Shown here in pieces: positions 1-10,414 of a DNA stretch of 64,000 nucleotides (the first letter of the stretch is position 1; each line of letters starts with the position of its first letter). Origin of the DNA: Candidatus Woesearchaeota archaeon (lineage in GTDB: Archaea; Nanobdellota; Nanobdellia; Pacearchaeales; GW2011-AR1). The translations under genes were made by a program, and so were the position numbers. The DNA lies in the NCBI GenBank assembly GCA_964417865.1, contig CAYQJI010000001.1:14492-78491 (forward strand), in the 5' to 3' direction. Below the pieces are notes generated by a model. It did not search any database. It saw only the letters and a program-made list of their open reading frames with translations, and was not told where the DNA came from.

Positions 1-156
1 TACTTTTAATTCACAAAATTCTATGTTTAAATTTCTGTTTTTTAATTCAAAAGGAACAAGACAATTTTTCTCTCTATAATCTATTAAAATTTTTGATTTC
101 TCTTCTTTTTTTATTCTTTCATTTGAAAAAATGTCTAAAATCTTTTTTTCTTCCAT
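1..156 (-). CDS. ERCC4/XPF-type nuclease domain protein, N-terminal fragment (runs off window start)
   Basis: Minus-strand ORF starts at 156 (MEEKKILDIF...ILIDYREKNCLVPFELKNRNLNIEFCELK). The I-x-D-x-RE...L motif is typical of ERCC4 nuclease domains. It lies immediately downstream of the Hef-like helicase gene. Confidence 0.4.
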   Translation of the reverse strand, partial: MEEKKILDIFSNERIKKEEKSKILIDYREKNCLVPFELKNRNLNIEFCELKV

Positions 157-186
157 TTTATTAATTATAAGTATTAGTTGTAAAAA

Positions 187-1746
187 TTACAAAAGTGTTT
201 GTTGTTTTTCTTGTGTTTTTTCTTTATTTAACATTTCCTGTTTTATATCATCAATAATTTTATGCATCTTTTTTTCTTTTGCATTTGAAACATAATAAAA
301 AGTTTCGTCTCTTGTACCCTTTGTGATAAGCACAATTATCTTCCCAGGAGATAATCTTGCTGTTCTTCCTCCTCTTTGAATTTTTCTTATAGCAGAAGGA
401 ACAGGTTCATAAAAAACAACTAAACTTACTTCAGGTATATCTAACCCTTCTTCTCCTATTGAGGTAGCGCACAAAACATTTATTTTTCCTTCTGAAAATT
501 CCTCAATAATTCTTCTTTGTTCTTTCTGATTTAGACCTATTTGTTCTCCTAAAGACTCTTTTTTTGTTTGTCCAATAAAAACTTTTGATTTTATTCCTTC
601 TATCTTATTTAATTCCCTTGAAATTATTGCTGCAGTTGTCCTAAACTGTGAAAAAATAATAACCTTAAAATCTTTTTTATTTTTCTCTTCTTTAATCAGA
701 TTAATTAGCTCTTCTATTTTGGGGTGTTCTATCCCTTTGGAAAGTAATTCATTCGCTTTTATATATGCTAAATTAAACTCTTTTCTTTTTATTAAAGAAT
801 TTAAACTTCTTGTATTTTTTTCTGAAGCTTGTTTAAATAAATCTTTCATAAAATCATTAAATGTTTTTAGTGTTTGGGTTTCAATTAGCTCCAAAGCATG
901 TTGCATCCTGATTGCTTGTGAGCAATCTGCAATTGCTAACAAAATAGAATAATCTTTTTTTTCAAAATTTGCCCTTTTCATTAATCTTTTTTGTAATAGT
1001 ATAAGTTCTGTTTTAGAAGAATTATTAAAAATTAATTTTCTTTTCCTTAAATTTTCTAAATAATCATTAAATATCTCTTTTATTAATTCTCTTATCTCCA
1101 TAAATTCTGGAGGAAAATTTACAATTTTTTTTTCAAAAGTCAATTCTTTTAGATAAGGTTTTATTTCTTTACTTTCTCTTGTTTTTAATTCAACATCTTC
1201 TATAAACAAATTTTTACATATCTCTTTTACTTTTGAATAATCACTTCCAGGAGAAGCAGTTAATCCCAAAATTCTAGAATTTTTTGATTGTTTAATATAA
1301 ATCTGAGCAATATAATTATAATCGTAATTCTTTATGCATCTATGAGCCTCATCTTCAATTAACAAACAAACATCTTCTAAAGAATAAAGCTCTTTTTTTA
1401 AATCGTTTGCAATACATTGAGGTGTTGAAAACACAATATCTGAATCCTGCCAAATCTTTTTTCTTTCATTTGATTTAACTTTTCCGGTAAAAAGATTCAT
1501 CTCTGCAAATAACTCAGGAAGGTGTTTTTTAAAAAAAATTAAATGTTGTTCAACTAAAGGTTTTGTTGGTGCTAAAAAAACAACTTTTTGTCCTGGAACC
1601 TTTTTCATCCTTTCAATACAAACCATTAAAGCTATTAGAGTCTTTCCTAAACCTGTGGGTAAAACAACTAAACAATTTTTTTCTATGCATTTCTTTGCAA
1701 TTTCTATTTGATAATCTCTAGGGTTTATATTTTTAAGAAATTCCAT
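187..1746 (-). CDS. hef: Hef/FANCM-like SF2 helicase (helicase part only)
   Basis: Walker A PTGLGKT, DEAH box (IEDEAH), C-terminal helicase motifs (QRGGRTAR). Archaeal Hef-type N-terminus PRDYQ. Confidence 0.65.
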   Translation of the reverse strand: MEFLKNINPRDYQIEIAKKCIEKNCLVVLPTGLGKTLIALMVCIERMKKVPGQKVVFLAPTKPLVEQHLIFFKKHLPELFAEMNLFTGKVKSNERKKIWQDSDIVFSTPQCIANDLKKELYSLEDVCLLIEDEAHRCIKNYDYNYIAQIYIKQSKNSRILGLTASPGSDYSKVKEICKNLFIEDVELKTRESKEIKPYLKELTFEKKIVNFPPEFMEIRELIKEIFNDYLENLRKRKLIFNNSSKTELILLQKRLMKRANFEKKDYSILLAIADCSQAIRMQHALELIETQTLKTFNDFMKDLFKQASEKNTRSLNSLIKRKEFNLAYIKANELLSKGIEHPKIEELINLIKEEKNKKDFKVIIFSQFRTTAAIISRELNKIEGIKSKVFIGQTKKESLGEQIGLNQKEQRRIIEEFSEGKINVLCATSIGEEGLDIPEVSLVVFYEPVPSAIRKIQRGGRTARLSPGKIIVLITKGTRDETFYYVSNAKEKKMHKIIDDIKQEMLNKEKTQEKQQTLL

Positions 1747-1770
1747 TTTAATTTATTCTTTTTATATCTT

Positions 1771-2433
1771 TTATACTATTAAAACACTAAAAAATAATCC
1801 TATCAAAACTATTAATGAAAGAACAGACCACCATAACATCTTTCCATAAAAGATTTTATTACCATCTAATTCTCCTATAGGCAATAGATTAAAAAAACTA
1901 TAATATAAAGCTAACCTAGCTGAAGTTTCAAAACCGAATAAATAAAAGAGCAATGAAATAAACAAATTCATTAAAATTCCTGAAGAAGCAATTATGGCCA
2001 TATGATATTCGCTCATCTCTGAAAAAGAATAAAGTCCATATCTTTTTGCACTCCTATAAACTCGTGGTTTTACGTCGAAAATTAATGAAGCCATCCAAAT
2101 AAAATTCCCAAAAGCAAAAAATAAAAATCTTGATAAAAATGGGATAATTATTCCTAAAGGGAAAGATACTACCTTTTCTTTCCATTTCTTTCTTAATTTT
2201 ATTTTTTTTGTTTCCCAAATTTTTATTTCCAATTCGCTATCTAACAAATAAGCAGAAAATTTTTTTATTAAGACATTTAGAATAATTATTATTGATAAAG
2301 ATAAAAAAATAGTTAAGTACAAATTAAATTCTTTAAAGATATCTTTAAACAAATTTATTGAAAAAGTTAAAATTAAAATAACACTTAAAATAGTTAAAAT
2401 TTCTCTGAAGTTTATCCTCTTTTTATAAACCAT
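1771..2433 (-). CDS. polytopic membrane protein, site-2-protease (M50)-like
   Basis: Multiple hydrophobic helices. NLLPIGELDG matches the S2P NxxPxxxLDG motif, but no clear HExxH. Confidence 0.3.
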   Translation of the reverse strand: MVYKKRINFREILTILSVILILTFSINLFKDIFKEFNLYLTIFLSLSIIIILNVLIKKFSAYLLDSELEIKIWETKKIKLRKKWKEKVVSFPLGIIIPFLSRFLFFAFGNFIWMASLIFDVKPRVYRSAKRYGLYSFSEMSEYHMAIIASSGILMNLFISLLFYLFGFETSARLALYYSFFNLLPIGELDGNKIFYGKMLWWSVLSLIVLIGLFFSVLIV

Positions 2434-2540
2434 TAATTTATTAATCTTATATTTTTTATAAATTTATCTTATTTTATTTTAAATCTATCATTATATTAAA
2501 CAATGGAAAACTATTTAAATAAAATTAATCATTTTTTATT

Positions 2541-2819
2541 ATGAAAATAGAAAAAATAAGCGAAGTTTTAGGAAGCAAAGTTTACACTGATTCTGGAGAT
2601 TTTTTCGGGGAAGTTGAAGAAGCAAATCTTTTAGATAATAAGATTGATAGCTGGAAAATAAGAGTAGGTGGGACAATTGTTTCTGCACTTGGTGGAGCAA
2701 GAGGTGTTATTATACCCCATCAGTTTGTGAGATCTATAGGGGATGTTTTCATTATAAGTAAATCTGCTCTTCCAAATACAAACGACAGTATAGAAGAGAT
2801 TCCAGAAGATTTAGTTTAA
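2541..2819 (+). CDS. PRC-barrel domain protein
   Basis: 92 aa. Sequence pattern (VYTDSGDFFGEVEEANLLDNKIDSWKI...) is typical of archaeal PRC-barrel proteins. Confidence 0.5.
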   Translation: MKIEKISEVLGSKVYTDSGDFFGEVEEANLLDNKIDSWKIRVGGTIVSALGGARGVIIPHQFVRSIGDVFIISKSALPNTNDSIEEIPEDLV

Positions 2820-2837
2820 ACTTGTTTAAATCCTAAA

Positions 2838-3332
2838 ATGGTAGATATTACAAGCTCACTAAAAACATTTTTATCAGATGCAATATTACCCTTATTACTA
2901 GTTTGGGCTCTAATTTTTGCAGTTTTAGAAAAGGTTAAATTTTTTGGAGAGAATAAAAAACAATTAAATGCAATTATTTCTTTAGTAATAGGTTTAATTT
3001 TTTCTTTCTCTGTTTTTCCTAAATTGATTGTTGGGAATCTTATACTTTTTTTAGCTGTTTCACTTGTTGCTTTATTTGTTATTCTCTTATTATGGGGTTT
3101 TATATTTGGAACTGAAAAAGAAGGATTCAAACCTGAAGATTGGATGAAATGGTCTTTAGCAGTTATATTTGGAATAGCCTTCATAGGAGCAATCTTTTGG
3201 GCTACTGGTTGGAATAAAAAATTAGGGGGTTTGATCTCGATAAATTTATCAAATCCTATTTTTTTGAATATCCTTTTTGTAATAATCATTGCAGTTGTTT
3301 TGGCATTATTTATGAGTTCAGGGAAAAAATAA
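2838..3332 (+). CDS. hypothetical integral membrane protein
   Basis: 164 aa, 4-5 hydrophobic helices. Preferred over the overlapping K-rich antisense ORF. Confidence 0.4.
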   Translation: MVDITSSLKTFLSDAILPLLLVWALIFAVLEKVKFFGENKKQLNAIISLVIGLIFSFSVFPKLIVGNLILFLAVSLVALFVILLLWGFIFGTEKEGFKPEDWMKWSLAVIFGIAFIGAIFWATGWNKKLGGLISINLSNPIFLNILFVIIIAVVLALFMSSGKK

Positions 3333-3392
3333 CTTAATATTTAAAATAAATAAATTAGAAACATATTTAAATAAAAATTTATTAAATACTCT

Positions 3393-3959
3393 ATGTTCGA
3401 TAAACTTATATTTTTAGCAAGCTATGGAGCTTTTTCTGGGGGAGGATTTGGTGATTTATTATCTAAATTAGAGGATGCTGGATTTTTTAGTTATATTGTT
3501 CCTTTTTTGCTCTTATTTGCAATTGTTTTTGGTATCTTAACTAAAACAAAAATATTCCAAGAAAATAAAGCTGTTAATGGAATAATCTCTTTTTCTGTTG
3601 CTTTAATGGCTTTACAATTTGATTTTGTTTCTCAATTTTTTTCTCAACTTTTTCCAAGGCTTGGTATCGGATTAGCTGTAATCCTTGTTATATTGATTCT
3701 TATAGGTTTATTCACTGACCCTGGTAATGAAGCGATAAATTGGGTTTTATTCGGGATAGCTGTTGTTATTATAGGAGCAGTTTTATTAAAAACAAGTAAC
3801 GCTCTTGGTTGGTCCTCTATTGGAGATTGGTTTAGCCAAAATTTAGGTATGATTATCGCAGGTGGTGTTATTATTGCTATTATTGCTATTATCATGAATG
3901 CAGATAAACCTAAAAATCCTAAACAGCAACCATTTAGCCCGATTCTTTGGAAACAATAA
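3393..3959 (+). CDS. hypothetical integral membrane protein
   Basis: 188 aa with multiple TM helices. Confidence 0.4.
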   Translation: MFDKLIFLASYGAFSGGGFGDLLSKLEDAGFFSYIVPFLLLFAIVFGILTKTKIFQENKAVNGIISFSVALMALQFDFVSQFFSQLFPRLGIGLAVILVILILIGLFTDPGNEAINWVLFGIAVVIIGAVLLKTSNALGWSSIGDWFSQNLGMIIAGGVIIAIIAIIMNADKPKNPKQQPFSPILWKQ

Positions 3960-4068
3960 TTATTATTTATTATAAAGATTATAAGCAAAATCTCATAGGA
4001 TCTTTTTTAAACTCAATAAAACTTAATTAATTTTAACAATATACAAATAATACTTTTAATTTACCCCT

Positions 4069-5004
4069 TTACCTTTTAGAAACAAATTTTGAAAAAGAAT
4101 CTTGCATTAAATTTATCTCTTTTTTTACACTTTCTAAATTTTGACCATAACTCCCTATCTTTTCTAAAATTGATAATTGTAATTTTTCAATTATATTTTC
4201 TATTTTTCTTAATCTTTCATCAATCATTCCTAATTTTGATTTTAAAATACTTAATTCATTAGAAAAAGAATTATTTTCATTTTGAATCTTTTTAATTTTT
4301 TCTGAGAATATCTGATTAGCAATTTCTATAATATTATCAGTATTCATAATTTGGGTATCATTACTTGTTGTTGATGAAAAATCGTTTTGATATTGGGGGT
4401 AATCTAGAGAGTCGGATTGATAATCTCCATAGCTGTTACTATAATTATATTGTTCTTCTCTAGGGTAAGGTATACTTGAAGGTATTCCTTCATTAGCCTC
4501 CTCTTGAGAATAAACTTGTTGTTCAATATTCTCTGGATAATTTTCATATTCTGGATTTTGGGGATTTGGTGAATAAAACTTTTGATAAGGTGGATAAGGA
4601 GGATATTGTTCTTCTTGAGTGTATTGCTGTTGTTCTTGATTTATTCCTTGAGAAAATGAAGGTTCTTGACTAAAATAATAATCTGGTTTAATATTAAACT
4701 CTTTTTGAGAGATTTCTAAGGGGTTTATATCCTTGGGCTCTTCAATCTCTTTTTTTACTTCTTTTTTTACTTCTTCTTGATTTGGTATTGGTATATTAGG
4801 CTCTTCTGGTTCTTCTCCGTCCATCATAGAAGGTTGTAACTCTTCATCTTCTCCAAACTCGGATATTGCACTTTTTATTTCTGCTTGTTTCATAGCTTCA
4901 TCTATATCTTTTGGAGTTACACCTGATTCAGACAAAATCTTTTTTATTTCTTCATCAGATTTTCCTTCTTTTTTTAGATTTAATACTTGATCTAGATATC
5001 CCAT
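4069..5004 (-). CDS. hypothetical protein, N-terminal helical domain, Q/Y/P-rich low-complexity linker, C-terminal coiled coil
   Basis: Composition and heptad pattern. Architecture is paralogous to 58135..58785. Confidence 0.35.
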   Translation of the reverse strand: MGYLDQVLNLKKEGKSDEEIKKILSESGVTPKDIDEAMKQAEIKSAISEFGEDEELQPSMMDGEEPEEPNIPIPNQEEVKKEVKKEIEEPKDINPLEISQKEFNIKPDYYFSQEPSFSQGINQEQQQYTQEEQYPPYPPYQKFYSPNPQNPEYENYPENIEQQVYSQEEANEGIPSSIPYPREEQYNYSNSYGDYQSDSLDYPQYQNDFSSTTSNDTQIMNTDNIIEIANQIFSEKIKKIQNENNSFSNELSILKSKLGMIDERLRKIENIIEKLQLSILEKIGSYGQNLESVKKEINLMQDSFSKFVSKR

Positions 5005-5005
5005 A

Positions 5006-5398
5006 TTATTTTTTTATATTTAAATTAGGAGAACCCTCTTTTTTAATTTTTTCTTCTTGAAAATATCTTTCCAATTCTTTTTTTGTAACTAATTCTAATG
5101 GATTAAACATTTTTGCATGCCTATAAAGAATTTCTATATCTTCCTTTTTTGCAAATTTTGAAAATTCTGAAGAGATTATTTCTAAAAATTGAGAAATACT
5201 TTTTACCTCTTCTTTTAATTTTTCCAATTCTTTTTTTAAATCCAAAATTCTTAAAGAAGTTGAATCTTTTAATTCTAACAGGTTTTGATTTAAAAGGAAA
5301 ATTTGATCTTTGATAATTCTTTCTTTTTCTTCAATATTCCTTATTTTAGAATTTAATAAAGAAAAATCTTCTTTAATAAATCCAGGGTTGTTTTCCAT
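5006..5398 (-). CDS. hypothetical coiled-coil protein
   Basis: 130 aa, heptad-rich, 1-bp spacing to neighbouring gene (operon). Paralogous to 57750..58133. Confidence 0.35.
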   Translation of the reverse strand: MENNPGFIKEDFSLLNSKIRNIEEKERIIKDQIFLLNQNLLELKDSTSLRILDLKKELEKLKEEVKSISQFLEIISSEFSKFAKKEDIEILYRHAKMFNPLELVTKKELERYFQEEKIKKEGSPNLNIKK

Positions 5399-5478
5399 AG
5401 AATATATATAAAAAATAAGTTTAAATTTGTTTGCTATTTAATACAAAATATTTTAAACTTCTTTATCTATCCTTTTAA

Positions 5479-7821
5479 ATGGTAGAAAAAAAAGAATTGA
5501 AAAAAGAGGATTCTTCAACAAATAACAAGGAAAATAATATAGAAAACCCTTTATCTGCATTATATTCTTATGAAGTGAGGAAAGAAGGGGGAGAGGATAT
5601 TCTTTATATTAATTATCTTGGTTCTCCTTATATTCCAAGCATAGCAGATTATTCAGAAGTAATGAATAAGGTTATAGATATTTTATTAGAGGCTCCTAAT
5701 GTTTCTAGAATAATCTTAAGTCAGCAAAAAAACTATAACTATGATTTTCAAGAGACAAAAGCTTTGATAGAATTATCTCAATTTTATAATTATTTAGTCA
5801 AACAAGAGAAAATCCTTTCTATAAACAAAATTTCTCCTTTAAACACCAATTTGTTTACAGAGAGGTATAATCAGTTATTCAAATTTTTAGTTTTATTAAA
5901 AAAAGATCCTGTTTCTTCTTTTTTTGAATTAAAAAAAATAATTATAGAGAATAAAATAAAATTAGAAAAAACAGATTTATTTTCAAAACAAGATATTGAA
6001 AATTATCTTTTCCTTTTAAATAAAATTTTATCCCTTATGGAAAATTTATACATAATCCAAAAGTTATCCCCTTATTTTGATTCTTATAAAAATGGGGAAA
6101 GAGAAATTTACAATTTAATTTTTAAACCTGATATTATCCCAAATTTTACCTTAACAAGATTAATTTCCGATATTCCAAAAGATGCTGAAATAATTGATCA
6201 ATATACAATAGGGGAAGATGAAGATACTTCTGTTGTGACAATTTTAAAGAATAAACACGAAACAACACTCTTTTATCATTTAATACCCCCTGAAAATTCA
6301 TTAGAAGAAGAACAAATTTTACTTTTAGAACTTGCTAGAGAAGTTTTAATGGAACATCAGCCAAAAGCAGAAGAATTTACAGATGTTTCGAGAATAAGGC
6401 AAGTTTTTTTCAATATTTCAAAAGATTTATTGCAAGATTTATCCCAAGCTAAAAATATAACATTAGATTATTCTATCTTAAACAAATTAGCTTCTATTCT
6501 TGTTAGACAAACAATTGGTTTTGGTTTAATTGAGGTTTTATTACAAGACAAAAAAATACAAGATATAATGCTAAATTCACCAATCCCAAAAACTAACATT
6601 TTTATAAAACATGAAGATTATAACGAGTGTTTAACTAATATTTTGCCAAGTCAATCAGATGTTGATTCTTGGGCTGCTAAGTTTAGGATGATCTCTGGAA
6701 GACCTTTAGATGAGTCAAACCCTATATTAGATACTCAATTAGAAATAGGGAAAATAAGAGCGAGAATTGCTATAATACAAAATCCCTTATCTCCTGATGG
6801 AATAGCTTATGCAATAAGGAAACATAGAGAAGAACCTTGGACATTGCCTTTATTCATACAAAACAAGATGATTAATTCTTTTACTGCTGGATTATTAAGT
6901 TTCTTAATTGATGGTGGAAGAACTGTTTTAATTGCAGGTACAAGAGGATCTGGCAAATCTTCTCTTTTAGGAAGTTTAATGTTAGAGATACTCCCAAAAA
7001 ATAGAATTATTGTTGTTGAAGACTCTTTGGAATTGCCTGTAGAATCTTTAAGAGAATTAGGCTTTAATATTTTAAGAATGAAAGTGAGATCTGCTTTATT
7101 AACAAACACGACAGAAGTTTCTGCTGACGATGGAATAAGAACAAGTTTAAGATTAGGAGATTCTTGTTTAATTGTTGGAGAAGTTAGAAGTGTTGAAGCT
7201 AAAGCTTTGTATGAAGCAATGAGAGTGGGAGCATTAGCAAATGTTGTTGCAGGTACAATTCATGGTGCTTCTCCTTATGCTGTTTTTGATAGGGTTGTGA
7301 ATGATTTAGAAGTTCCTACAACTAGTTTTAAGGCAACTGATATAATTGTTATTTGTAATCCAATAAAAAGTGCAGACGGTTTACATTCTAAAAAGAGAGT
7401 TGTACAGGTTTCAGAAGTTAGAAAACATTGGGTAAATGATCCTGTTTCTGAAAAAGGTTTTGTTAATCTTCTTAATTATAATATTGAAAAAGATGAATTA
7501 GAGATAACTCCTGATTTAATCAACGGAGATAGTGAAATTATAAAGGAGATCGCTTCAAATGTTCATGATTGGGTTGGTGATTGGGATGCTGTTTATGACA
7601 ATATTCTTTTAAGAGCAAAGATAAAGCAAGAATTAGTAGACTCTGCAGAAAGAATAAAAAATAACAAACTTTTAGAAGCTAAATTTAATGTGCTTGCAAA
7701 TCAAGCATTTCATGAAATTTCTGATAAAGTAAGAGAAGAAGAAGGAAAACTCTCTTCAGAAAAAGTTTTTTCATTATGGAAAAAATGGCTTGATAATCAA
7801 ATTTCTTTGAATAATTTCTAA
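5479..7821 (+). CDS. type II/IV secretion-system ATPase (archaeal FlaI/TadA/PilB family) with long N-terminal extension
   Basis: Walker A GTRGSGKSSL, Walker B IIVVED, Asp/His boxes. Followed by a FlaJ-like membrane gene and a pilin cluster. Confidence 0.8.
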   Translation: MVEKKELKKEDSSTNNKENNIENPLSALYSYEVRKEGGEDILYINYLGSPYIPSIADYSEVMNKVIDILLEAPNVSRIILSQQKNYNYDFQETKALIELSQFYNYLVKQEKILSINKISPLNTNLFTERYNQLFKFLVLLKKDPVSSFFELKKIIIENKIKLEKTDLFSKQDIENYLFLLNKILSLMENLYIIQKLSPYFDSYKNGEREIYNLIFKPDIIPNFTLTRLISDIPKDAEIIDQYTIGEDEDTSVVTILKNKHETTLFYHLIPPENSLEEEQILLLELAREVLMEHQPKAEEFTDVSRIRQVFFNISKDLLQDLSQAKNITLDYSILNKLASILVRQTIGFGLIEVLLQDKKIQDIMLNSPIPKTNIFIKHEDYNECLTNILPSQSDVDSWAAKFRMISGRPLDESNPILDTQLEIGKIRARIAIIQNPLSPDGIAYAIRKHREEPWTLPLFIQNKMINSFTAGLLSFLIDGGRTVLIAGTRGSGKSSLLGSLMLEILPKNRIIVVEDSLELPVESLRELGFNILRMKVRSALLTNTTEVSADDGIRTSLRLGDSCLIVGEVRSVEAKALYEAMRVGALANVVAGTIHGASPYAVFDRVVNDLEVPTTSFKATDIIVICNPIKSADGLHSKKRVVQVSEVRKHWVNDPVSEKGFVNLLNYNIEKDELEITPDLINGDSEIIKEIASNVHDWVGDWDAVYDNILLRAKIKQELVDSAERIKNNKLLEAKFNVLANQAFHEISDKVREEEGKLSSEKVFSLWKKWLDNQISLNNF

Positions 7822-7876
7822 TTTTCTAAACATTTATTAATCTTTTTTCTTTTTTATTCTTATATAAAGAGAGATC

Positions 7877-10051
7877 ATGGAAGACAAAAAAATAGATATT
7901 CATGAGATAATTGAGAAACATTCTCAAAGATTACAAAAAGATTTAGACTCTTTTAATAGTATAAAAAAATCTTCTTATAGCAAATCTTATGAATCTTTTA
8001 AAAAAGAAATAAGTCCAGAACCTTCTAATTATGAAAAATGGTGTATTGCTTTAGGTCAAATCATAAAACTAAAAATCTCAAAAAAAGAGGAAGAAGAAAT
8101 TCAAAAAAAATTAGATATAGCTAATTTAGATATAGAACCTTGGCATACTGTTACATTAGCATTTACTTCTTTTCTATTAATCTTTTTTTTAGGATTAATT
8201 TTCTGTTTTGCTCTCTCATATCTAACTGGTAGTGCTTTTCCTGCTGGTCTTTTTATTATGATATGTATTGTTGGAGTTTTTTCTTATCATTTTTTAAGAA
8301 ATTATCCTGATAGAGTTGCTAATAAATGGAGATTAAAAGCTTCTTCACAGATGGTTCCTGCTATTCTATATGTTGTTATCTATATGAGACATACTTCTAA
8401 TTTAGAAAAAGCTATCTCCTTTGCATCAGAACATTTGGAATATCCTTTAAATTTAAATTTTAAAAAAATTTTTTATGATGTTGAAATAGGAAAATTTTCA
8501 ACTATCAAAGAAAGTTTAGATAATTACCTTTCTAGATGGAGAGACTATTCTCCTCAGTTTATTGAATCATTCAATCTCATTGAGAGCAGTTTGTTTGAAC
8601 CTAATGAAGAAAAAAGAATTGACATATTAGAAAAATCTCTACAATTAGTTTTAGATGGCACTTATGATAAAATGTTAAAATTTACTCATGAAGTTAGGAG
8701 TCCATTGACTAATGTTTATATGTTAGGAGTCATTTTACCAACTCTTGCTATTGCTTTATTGCCTATGGCAAATATACTCTTGCAGAACCAGTTGAAAACC
8801 TCTCATGTTTTTGTTTTATTCAATTTAATAGTTCCTTTCCTTGTTTTTTATCTTACTGATAAAATTTTATTTTTGAGACCTGGTGGTCATGGTGAAGTGT
8901 CTTTATTAGAAAAAAATCCCAAATATTATTTATATAAATCCAAAAAACCAATTATTAAAGCTTTTCTTATCTCTTTCCCATTTATTCTTTTAGGGTTAAT
9001 TCCTTTAATTTTTCAATATACTCCTTTGCCTTTATGGCTTAATCTTCAGAGAGATTATACTTTTTCTCAGTTGGGACTTCCTTTTTTTGGAGAAGATACT
9101 TATTTTTTTGGTATAACTGAAGTTGATGGTGTAATTAAAGGGCCTTATGGTATTGGTTCTATGATTTTAAGTATATTTTTTATTTTTGGAGTAGCTTTAT
9201 TTTTTTATATTTCTTTTAAAGGAAAAACTTCTGAATTAAAAAAAGAGAGGGAAAAAACAAAAGAGTTAGAAATTGAATTTAATAATTCTTTATTCCAATT
9301 AGGAAATAAACTTGGAACTGGAACACCCTTGGAGATAGCATTTGGAAAAGTTGCAGAAGACACAAAAGGGTTAAGGACAGAGGATTTTTTCAAAAAAACT
9401 AATTATAATATAACCCAAATGGGAATGAGTGTGGAACAAGCCCTATTTGATAGTAAAAGAGGGGTTTTAATTTATTATCCTTCAAGTTTGGTTTATACAA
9501 GTATGAAAATTCTTGTAGAATCCTCTAAGAAAGGTTCAACAATTGCTGCTTTAAGTTTAGTTAATCTTTCCCAATATGTAAAGAATTTTTATAAGATAAC
9601 TGACAGACTTAAAGATCTGCTTTCAGAAATTATCTCAGATATGAAGAGTAATATGACTTTTTTAGCTCCTATACTCTCTGGAATAATTGTTGGATTATCT
9701 ATGATGATGAGCTCTATTTTAAGTTATATTTCTACTATCAGTAATAATTTTTCAGATGTTTCTTCTTCGCAATTTGGGAATATAGGTTCAATATTAAAAA
9801 TGTTTGAAGGGACAGAAACAATAGCCCCTTATTTCCTGCAAATAATTGTGGGAATTTATCTTATTGAAATAGTTTTTATTTTAACAAAGACTCTGGTTGC
9901 TATAGATTCTGGAGAAGATAAATTAGATCAGATTTATCTAACAGGGATGAATTTAAGGAGAGCAATATTTCTTTATTCTATAATTGCGATAGGCTCTTCT
10001 ATAGCTTTATCATTCTTAAGTTCTTTTGTTCTTTCTGGTTTGATTCAATAA
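7877..10051 (+). CDS. FlaJ/TadC-like pilus assembly platform membrane protein
   Basis: 724 aa polytopic membrane protein immediately downstream of the ATPase. This is the canonical archaeal type-IV pilus gene order. Confidence 0.55.
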   Translation: MEDKKIDIHEIIEKHSQRLQKDLDSFNSIKKSSYSKSYESFKKEISPEPSNYEKWCIALGQIIKLKISKKEEEEIQKKLDIANLDIEPWHTVTLAFTSFLLIFFLGLIFCFALSYLTGSAFPAGLFIMICIVGVFSYHFLRNYPDRVANKWRLKASSQMVPAILYVVIYMRHTSNLEKAISFASEHLEYPLNLNFKKIFYDVEIGKFSTIKESLDNYLSRWRDYSPQFIESFNLIESSLFEPNEEKRIDILEKSLQLVLDGTYDKMLKFTHEVRSPLTNVYMLGVILPTLAIALLPMANILLQNQLKTSHVFVLFNLIVPFLVFYLTDKILFLRPGGHGEVSLLEKNPKYYLYKSKKPIIKAFLISFPFILLGLIPLIFQYTPLPLWLNLQRDYTFSQLGLPFFGEDTYFFGITEVDGVIKGPYGIGSMILSIFFIFGVALFFYISFKGKTSELKKEREKTKELEIEFNNSLFQLGNKLGTGTPLEIAFGKVAEDTKGLRTEDFFKKTNYNITQMGMSVEQALFDSKRGVLIYYPSSLVYTSMKILVESSKKGSTIAALSLVNLSQYVKNFYKITDRLKDLLSEIISDMKSNMTFLAPILSGIIVGLSMMMSSILSYISTISNNFSDVSSSQFGNIGSILKMFEGTETIAPYFLQIIVGIYLIEIVFILTKTLVAIDSGEDKLDQIYLTGMNLRRAIFLYSIIAIGSSIALSFLSSFVLSGLIQ

Positions 10052-10100
10052 CTTTAGATTAATTAAATAAATTTATTAATTGGTTTTTATTTAATTTTTT

Positions 10101-10253
10101 ATGAAAAAAAGAGCAGTAATGTCTGACTTTATAATTTGGATTTTAATTGCGTTATTAATCTTATCTGTATTATTTATCTTTTATTTCATTTCAAATGGAA
10201 AGTTAAATAATCTTTCAGATTCAATTAAATCCTTATTCTCTTTTGGCAAATAA
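10101..10253 (+). CDS. small pilin-like protein (class III signal peptide-like)
   Basis: 50 aa, MKKRA then a hydrophobic stretch (VMSDFIIWILIALLIL). Not in the ORF track (short). Confidence 0.3.
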   Translation: MKKRAVMSDFIIWILIALLILSVLFIFYFISNGKLNNLSDSIKSLFSFGK

Positions 10254-10254
10254 A

Positions 10255-10380
10255 ATGGAAATAACATTTGAGCAAATTGTTAAGATTATTTTAGGCCTTT
10301 TGATAGTTGCTGCTATAGGTTTTGGAATCTATCTATCAAAAAATTATCTCTCCAGTTTTTTTAATAATCTCCCAACTTAA
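10255..10380 (+). CDS. small single-TM protein
   Basis: 41 aa, hydrophobic core IVKIILGLLIVAAIGFGIY, tightly packed after the previous small ORF. Confidence 0.2.
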   Translation: MEITFEQIVKIILGLLIVAAIGFGIYLSKNYLSSFFNNLPT

Positions 10381-10414
10381 AATAATAATTAAATAAAAGT
10401 AAATTTATCTTAAT

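Noticed and set aside
2816-3289. 157-aa minus-strand ORF overlapping 2838..3332
   Set aside because: It is K-rich and low-complexity. The plus-strand frame encodes a coherent multi-TM membrane protein.
3644-3988. Antisense or embedded ORFs inside larger genes (3644-3988, 719-952, 5113-5313, 6807-7109, 9205-9393, 21898-22387, 24327-24521, 25155-25799, 26559-27555 plus-strand, 30479-30721, 31187-31435, 32460-33223, 34416-34607, 43349-43576, 44732-44971, 46059-46256, 49867-50067, 51314-51547, 53248-53818 plus-strand, 57056-57430, 58845-59691, 60061-60288, 62338-62871)
   Set aside because: They are short and F/L/I/K-rich, as expected by chance on the opposite strand of AT-rich genes. They have no motifs and are nested within confidently assigned CDSs.
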